Shown piece by piece: positions 58,636 to 64,000 of a stretch of 64,000 nucleotides of DNA; within the stretch, counting starts at the first letter, position 1; the number at the start of each line of letters is the position of its first letter. Below the pieces are notes generated by a model. That model made no database searches, was not told the origin of the DNA, and saw nothing but the letters and a program-made list of their open reading frames with translations. The translations under genes and the position numbers were made by a program. Origin of the DNA: a virus (lineage: Duplodnaviria; Caudoviricetes); IMG/VR virus record IMGVR_UViG_3300037047_000246. One strand, 5' to 3'.

Positions 58636-59000
58636 GGCTTGGTCCTATAGGGCGAGTCTGGCCGGGCGCCGGGCTTCAGGCGCACCGTCACCTCAAGCCG
58701 GCAAATGTCTCCCTTAAGGGCCAACCAGTCGGTTGTCTCAATCTGCTCGGCCGTCAGGCCGAGCAGATCTTGCGCCCACTGCTGCACCAGCTGGCAGACG
58801 TCCAACGCATCGAACACTATCTTCATATCTTCAGTCTCCAACGTGCAGCCTTTCCGGAGCAGCGAGCGGCCTCGCCAGTTAGAGGACCACGGCAATCTTA
58901 CTGCGAACGAGTCAAAACTTCCGGAGGCAATGTCACGATTGCATCGTTTACTCCTCGCGGTCGGAAATTTGAACTGGCGACGCCGTGCCTGGGCGGAGCG

Positions 59001-59990
59001 TCACAGGCGGCTGTCCCAGGCTTTGCTGGAAATCTTGACGTATGCCTCGTTGCGATAGGTGACGCGCACATTGTTGCCTTCCGCATCAGCCACGATAATC
59101 CCTCCGAGCAAACCCGCCTGCCCAGGCCATCCCCACCGGATTTCGCGCTCGTTTTGGCAGGACTCCGACCCATACTTGCGGGAGATGTCGCGCACAACCT
59201 CAATTAGCGTCGCTGCCCAGCTTGGATTGTCCCTCTTGTAAGCAAACACCGCGATTGCGCACACCGTGCCGGAGCACATATGCAGTTGCGCCCACTCTTT
59301 CGAGAACCCCAAGGTTTGCGGCACGCCTCTTAGGCAGTAGAAAGCCCGCATGCCGCGAAAAGATGAGGGCCGTTCCACCATCTCTACCCCTGTGGACTGG
59401 TGGCACAGGCTATTAGCCTGTGCCAGGGTCATGCCGAAAGAAAATCCCGCCAAACCTTTGGGCAGCGGCGGCCTGGACGGCGGCGCAAACGTCCCCTCAT
59501 CCGAACAAAGGCCGGGGTCTGGCGGGGGCGGGGGCGGGGGCGCGTTCTGCACCGGCACTGCGGCCACAGGCTCTGCGGTCGGAGCAGGCAAAGGCGGGGC
59601 TGTTGAAGACTCGGGCTCCTCGGATGCTTTCTGCTCCAGGTCTTTGGCTGCCCGCCTGATGTCCGCGTCTCCTGCCAAGGTTGCCAACTTGGCCGCTTCT
59701 TGAGCCAGCAGGACTGCTTGAGCCCGATTGCCCTTGGACAGGTGGCGCAAGGCGCCGGCCAGGCGGATTTTGGCCATCTCCGACCGGGCTTCCGAAGCCG
59801 CCCTCGTGTTTCCCCAAAGCCGGACGACAGCCGCGTAGTCGTCGAACTCTTCGGACTCCCTGGCTTGCTCCAGCGCCGAGAGGGCTTTGGCTTCGCGGTC
59901 TGTCATTGTGCGCGGCGGGGGGCCTAGCGTGGCGGGCTCGGCGCAGCCAAGCGCCAAAGCAAAACAGAGCGCCAAAAATTTGAGAGCCAT
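59001..59990 (-). CDS. lipoprotein with TPR-like helices and Pro-rich linker
   Basis: MALKFLALCFALALG-C lipobox; TAAAAT 5 nt before ATG 59990. Confidence 0.75.
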   Translation of the reverse strand: MALKFLALCFALALGCAEPATLGPPPRTMTDREAKALSALEQARESEEFDDYAAVVRLWGNTRAASEARSEMAKIRLAGALRHLSKGNRAQAVLLAQEAAKLATLAGDADIRRAAKDLEQKASEEPESSTAPPLPAPTAEPVAAVPVQNAPPPPPPPDPGLCSDEGTFAPPSRPPLPKGLAGFSFGMTLAQANSLCHQSTGVEMVERPSSFRGMRAFYCLRGVPQTLGFSKEWAQLHMCSGTVCAIAVFAYKRDNPSWAATLIEVVRDISRKYGSESCQNEREIRWGWPGQAGLLGGIIVADAEGNNVRVTYRNEAYVKISSKAWDSRL

Positions 59991-60138
59991 GGGAAATTTT
60001 ACTTCGAACAGGCTCAGGTTTCCGGCCTCCGGAAACCTGCAAGCTCGCCGAGAAAGGATGGCGAAATGAGCGGCGACGGTTGCCATGCCGAAATCTTACG
60101 GCGCGGGAGGCCGGATTTGCGCCGGTGTAAGTAGGAGC

Positions 60139-60792
60139 ATGGACAAAGCATATGCAAAAAAGTCTTTGAGCGCCGGAAGTCTGAGCAAGAGAGAGACGGA
60201 GGCAGACCCCGAATGGGACGCGGAGGTGTCGCAAGCGCTGTTGGAGCTTGCCGCCGTCAGGCTGGCCGAACAGGATGCCCGAGCTGCCGCGAACGCCATG
60301 GCTCGGGTGCGCCGGCGCAAGAAGGCCGCAGACGCGATGTCGGCGGCGATCCAGGAAGTCGTGCCTGAAGCGCTGGCCATGCCTGTGGAGGTACGCGCAG
60401 ACGAGTCCGGCTGGCCGCGGGTCTGGCTGGGGCAGGAGGTCGTGCGGATGCACCTTGGAACCGCGGAGTCTGTGCTCGAAGGCCGGATGATCGATATGGC
60501 AGCCTCCCGGTGCTCCGTCGCCCAGACCGGGATGAACAGCCTGGACGAGGGGGATTTGAGCGACTTGCCGAGCTGGGCTGCCATCAACCCCAAAGCATGG
60601 GCTGCCAAAACGCAGGAGCTCGTCCGAGCATGGGCGCAGATGGAGCTGCAGACGGCAGCCATGTCGCTCAGCGCGAAGACGGTGGTGATGTCGGGCATCT
60701 CGAGAGCGGAGCTCGGTGAGATGTTCGCCCAGGCGTGGGACCGAGCCCAGTGCCAGGACGTGCACGAGGAAGAAGGGTCCCAGGAACAGTGA
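60139..60792 (+). CDS. hypothetical protein with near-terminal extended tag (VHEE)
   Basis: GISRAELGEMFAQAWDRAQCQDVHEE-EGSQEQ; AGGAG RBS. Confidence 0.7.
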   Translation: MDKAYAKKSLSAGSLSKRETEADPEWDAEVSQALLELAAVRLAEQDARAAANAMARVRRRKKAADAMSAAIQEVVPEALAMPVEVRADESGWPRVWLGQEVVRMHLGTAESVLEGRMIDMAASRCSVAQTGMNSLDEGDLSDLPSWAAINPKAWAAKTQELVRAWAQMELQTAAMSLSAKTVVMSGISRAELGEMFAQAWDRAQCQDVHEEEGSQEQ

Positions 60793-61778
60793 CGGTAGCC
60801 GCGCGATGAATCAGCCCTTCGGAGCTTCGGGCTTGGGGCTTGAACCCCAAATGTCTTCTGATCGATCCGCTTCTGATCCGCGGCTTTCTGGTGCGCCCGC
60901 CGGGCCGCCTAGCAGGCGGTTTATCACCTGGCCGAGCAATAGGCCGAGCAATAGTCGCACACCGGATAGCCATTCTCCATGTTCTCGTTTCCTGGCACAC
61001 CGCCGCGCAAGCCCGAACAGCGCACACAAGAATCTCTGTGCGCCTGTGGAATCATGCGCAGCAGTTCCCGCCGCATGTCAAGGTTACCGTCACGGAGCGC
61101 GATTGCTGCCGCGTCTCGCAACGCGAACGCCTGTGCCGCATCCCAAAGATCGCCAAGCGCCGTTGAGACGATCGGCCCCTTGATTGGGTCCGCGTACCCG
61201 CGCGCCTGCGCAAACTTGCGGTACATTGTCAGAATGTTCGTGTTGTTTGGCTGGTCATTCATTCCGCCATCCTCCTCACTTCCAGTGCCAACTCATCCAC
61301 CCTATCCAACATCCGCTGACTCGTGGTCCGATGCCCATCCTCAGCCGCGTCGCTCTCCGCGTTGCTCCGTGAGTTGCGTCAGCCGCCTTCGTCCCCGTCG
61401 TCCAAGTCGCGCTCCTCGAACACATCGTCGGCGTCGAACCGCACCTCGTACGTGTCGATGTCCACGGGCGTGCACCCAGAGGAGTCGTAGCGGCCCCAAG
61501 AAAACTCTTTCTCGACTTTCTCGGCTGCAGCTTGAGCGGAGGCGGCCCGGACGCGAACGGTGCCGGACACGACAATTTCGACCGGGACGAAGAACTCTTG
61601 ATCCTCTTCCATGATGTCTCGCACCCGCTGCTCATTGTGCTTGCGCTCCTGCTTCTGGCTCTGCATTCCCATTTGCTAACCTCCAGCCAGGCGCTACGCT
61701 GCGGCAGCGGAGATTTCCGCGGTTCGACCGCCCCGGCGGACCGGGCCTGACTGAACATTGTCTGCGCGGACTGGCCGG

Positions 61779-62012
61779 TCACTCCCAATGCACCTGCGCG
61801 GCCAGAAACTCGTCCGGAGAGACGTCGATCGCATTGAACAGCGGCCTCATTTTGTTGTGCTCAGAACATAGGGCGAACGGCGCGCCGTTCTCAAGCACGA
61901 GCAGGCTTGCTGCACGCTTGCTGCAACGCTTGCTGGAAGAGCCTGACCCAGACCTCTTCCAGCGCCAGGAACACTGGAAATCGGAATCATTGACTGCGTA
62001 AGAAGCGCTCAT
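61779..62012 (-). CDS. small Zn-binding family protein with tag (VHWE)
   Basis: QCSW..RCSKRAA..ALCSEH..DVSPDEFLAAQVHWE. Confidence 0.65.
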   Translation of the reverse strand: MSASYAVNDSDFQCSWRWKRSGSGSSSKRCSKRAASLLVLENGAPFALCSEHNKMRPLFNAIDVSPDEFLAAQVHWE

Positions 62013-62333
62013 GACTCGCCTCTCTTCGCCTCTTCGCGGGTCTCGGCCCACGCGCGTCCGAGCACGATGCCGAACGACGCCCCGGCGAGCAGCCCGACCA
62101 GGAACAAAATCACTTGGGCCTCCCGCCCTTTGCCAGGAAGCAATCGTCCCAGTCTCATTTTGCCTCCACGGCGCACCAGCAGTCCAAGGCGATCGTGGAG
62201 ATGCGCCGCGCGTCCGCCGGACACGCCTTGGCGTCGCATCGATGCTTTGCGTAGACCGCCCACGCCACCAAGAGGGCGACGGGCACCGCGACGATCAGCA
62301 CCGTGAGCAGGAAGGAAGGCGGCTTGGTCTGCT

Positions 62334-62540
62334 TCACTTCTGAACTCCTTCGTGCTTGCACCACTCCGCAGCTTGAGACTCGCAAGCTGAAATGCCAAAT
62401 CGGCACTGCACTTCAAACATGCCACTGTCTTCTACTCTGGGCGCAGACTGCATCGGGAGCTGCGGCGGCAAAATTGCTCCGTCGTACCCGCATCCGAGAA
62501 GCGCTACAGCAAGAATCGGCGCGGAAAGCTTCAGCATCAT
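62334..62540 (-). CDS. small lipoprotein
   Basis: ILAVALLG-C lipobox; ATGA-coupled. Confidence 0.55.
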   Translation of the reverse strand: MMLKLSAPILAVALLGCGYDGAILPPQLPMQSAPRVEDSGMFEVQCRFGISACESQAAEWCKHEGVQK

Positions 62541-62986
62541 TGCCTCGTCATGCGGCATTTGTAGGTGGATTGGCACCAGGAGCCGTCGCCGCAGTCGATC
62601 CTCATAGTGTCGATGCTGTCGGCTGACGAGCCATCCTGCGCAAAAGTGGTCATATAGGTCTCGGACACCGTACAACCGCCATGCTGTTTGGCGAATGGGG
62701 TCTGAGACTCATAGGAGCAGCCCGTGCCGCGGGCAGCGCAACCGTCTTGCGACAGAGCGTCGCAAGACACAGACGACAGGTCCGCTGCGCCGGCCGAATC
62801 AGTGTTGAAGACAGAGTCCGCAAGCGGGCCGCAATTTCCGGACTGCTCGACGCAAGAGACGACGTAAGTGGCATTCTTGGTCGCGCACGGGTTGAGCTGG
62901 TTCCGAACTTTTTCAGAATCGGGATCGTTAGAAGAGCAGCCGATGGCCGAGATGACCAAAAACGGCAAAAATCGCATGAGCTGCAT
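62537..62986 (-). CDS. Cys-rich lipoprotein
   Basis: FLVISAIG-C lipobox; GGAGG RBS; related to 53636-54049. Confidence 0.75.
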   Translation of the reverse strand: MQLMRFLPFLVISAIGCSSNDPDSEKVRNQLNPCATKNATYVVSCVEQSGNCGPLADSVFNTDSAGAADLSSVSCDALSQDGCAARGTGCSYESQTPFAKQHGGCTVSETYMTTFAQDGSSADSIDTMRIDCGDGSWCQSTYKCRMTRQ

Positions 62987-63285
62987 GAAACACCTCCGCA
63001 AGCTGTGAGTGGGAAATTGCGCTGTCAAAATTTCCAACAACCGTGCCTCTGAGAAAGTCGGAAGGGTTTACAGCTGAAGCGGCGAAACTTACGAGACGGG
63101 CAGTCCGCCGAAGGACAGCAGCCTCCAGCGCGACAGGCGGTTGCGCACAGCGGCTTGCAGGCCGTCGGAGCGGACGACCCGAGCGACCCTGTGCTTGTCC
63201 ATGAATGAAAGAGCCTCGGACAAATTGGAAAACTGCCGGCCGGGAAGGACCCAATGGCGGCCTTGGGCGATTTGGACGAAGAAGG

Positions 63286-63519
63286 TCATGAGCAGCGCAC
63301 CTGGTCCAGGAGCTCGAGGGCGTCGGCCTCTTCGGAAGAGATTTCGCGGACGGGCTCGTTGAGGCGGGGCTCGCGGGACCACTCGATCCACCACAAGGAG
63401 TGCTCCTCGCAGACGCGGGAGACGGAGACGCCCCCAGGCCTGCCCTGGGCGAAGAAGCGGGCGGCGGGGAGGTTGCAATGACACAGAGGCCCGGCATGCT
63501 TGCAAAGATTGCCGCTCAT
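63286..63519 (-). CDS. small Zn-binding family protein, tag variant (VRCS)
   Basis: CHCNLPAARFF..VCEEH..EISSEEADALELLDQVRCS. Confidence 0.65.
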   Translation of the reverse strand: MSGNLCKHAGPLCHCNLPAARFFAQGRPGGVSVSRVCEEHSLWWIEWSREPRLNEPVREISSEEADALELLDQVRCS

Positions 63520-63731
63520 GACGAATGCACCAGCAGGACGGAATATTCGGCGGCCGAGACCTCGGAATACATGCCCATCAGGAGGGACGCCAGATCGTCG
63601 TGGCTCTTGCACAGGGCGAACGGCAGGCCCCGGTCGGACGCCCAGCACCGGAAAGCGGGCTGCCCGCACCGCTCATAGGGATGGCCGCCGTAGATGAGCC
63701 AACGGCAGGGAAAGTCGGAAGGGCTTGCCAT
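63516..63731 (-). CDS. small Zn-binding family protein with tag (VHSS)
   Basis: PCRW..RCGQPAF..ALCKSH..EVSAAEYSVLLVHSS. Confidence 0.7.
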   Translation of the reverse strand: MASPSDFPCRWLIYGGHPYERCGQPAFRCWASDRGLPFALCKSHDDLASLLMGMYSEVSAAEYSVLLVHSS

Positions 63732-64000
63732 CGGCGCGCCTCAATTCAGAAAGAATCCCTGCGGAATCGGACTGCCCGGGTCTAAAATCTGCGAGCATCC
63801 GGTCCTGACGTCCTTGAGAGCCCCTGTGGCCGTCGCCGTCCGCAGATGCATCTCCTGCCTGGAAGAGAACAGCGAAGCAATCTCCCGGTCCAGCCGATCC
63901 TGGCTGATCGGGTGGAACAAGTCGGCGCCGGGAGCCGGCTGCACTGAGGCCGGCTGCCAGAACGGGGAGCCGAGAAGATTGGCGACGTCGCTCTTGCCGT

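Noticed and set aside
60813-60833. AGCCC...GGGCT hairpin after the 60139-60792 gene
   Set aside because: Only a 5-bp stem with a long loop and no U-tract; too weak to call a terminator.
261-63731. C-terminal tag explained purely as Shine-Dalgarno plus ATGA overlap (GGAG-TC-ATGA)
   Set aside because: GGAG is only 2 nt from the next start, too close for an RBS. The motif also occurs before TAA/TAG stops and at genes with no overlap, and hydrophobic residues further upstream are conserved. Overlap may still bias the final Ser.
261-63731. Integron cassette array
   Set aside because: No attC-like RYYYAAC...GTTRRRY palindromes between genes and no integron integrase in the window.
1-64000. CRISPR array, rRNA, integrase, transposase or DGR
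   Set aside because: No regularly spaced repeat-spacer units, rRNA-like sequence, recombinase/transposase or reverse-transcriptase motifs were seen; the repeats found are coding repeats.

Overview
64 kb of a large, GC-rich tailed-phage (jumbo/huge-phage-like) genome. The host is unknown; Cys-rich lipoproteins weakly suggest a myxobacterium-like Gram-negative. Genes are mostly on the minus strand. The window holds a virion fibre/adhesin module (25.5-39.3 kb: 1483-aa S74 tail fibre, collagen- and CBM-containing fibres, papain-like protease) and nucleotide-metabolism or counter-defence genes (Dam, dCMP deaminase, NADAR, 5'-nucleotidase, IMPDH, Nudix, PurB, MazG-like, metallophosphoesterase, Tad2-like). 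It also encodes a sigma70-family factor, a TraR/DksA finger, a SET protein, a GHKL ATPase, three tRNAs and roughly 100 small hypothetical ORFs. Main observations: (1) about 35 otherwise unrelated small ORFs end in the same C-terminal peptide, [VIT]-[MHQ]-x-x-COOH (typically VMES/VQES/VHSE), which is absent from recognisable enzymes and virion genes. (2) A 1134-bp segment (7178-8311) is inverted across a 2-bp GT/AC core, and flipping it back repairs both a split NADAR gene and a tag-bearing ORF. (3) Many genes look leaderless, with TAnnnT 4-7 nt before the ATG. (4) A second, N-terminal IAxRVA motif is shared by about 6 ORFs. No CRISPR array, rRNA, integrase or transposase was seen. All family assignments come from motif recognition by eye, not database searches. 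Several start codons were re-chosen relative to the ORF track.
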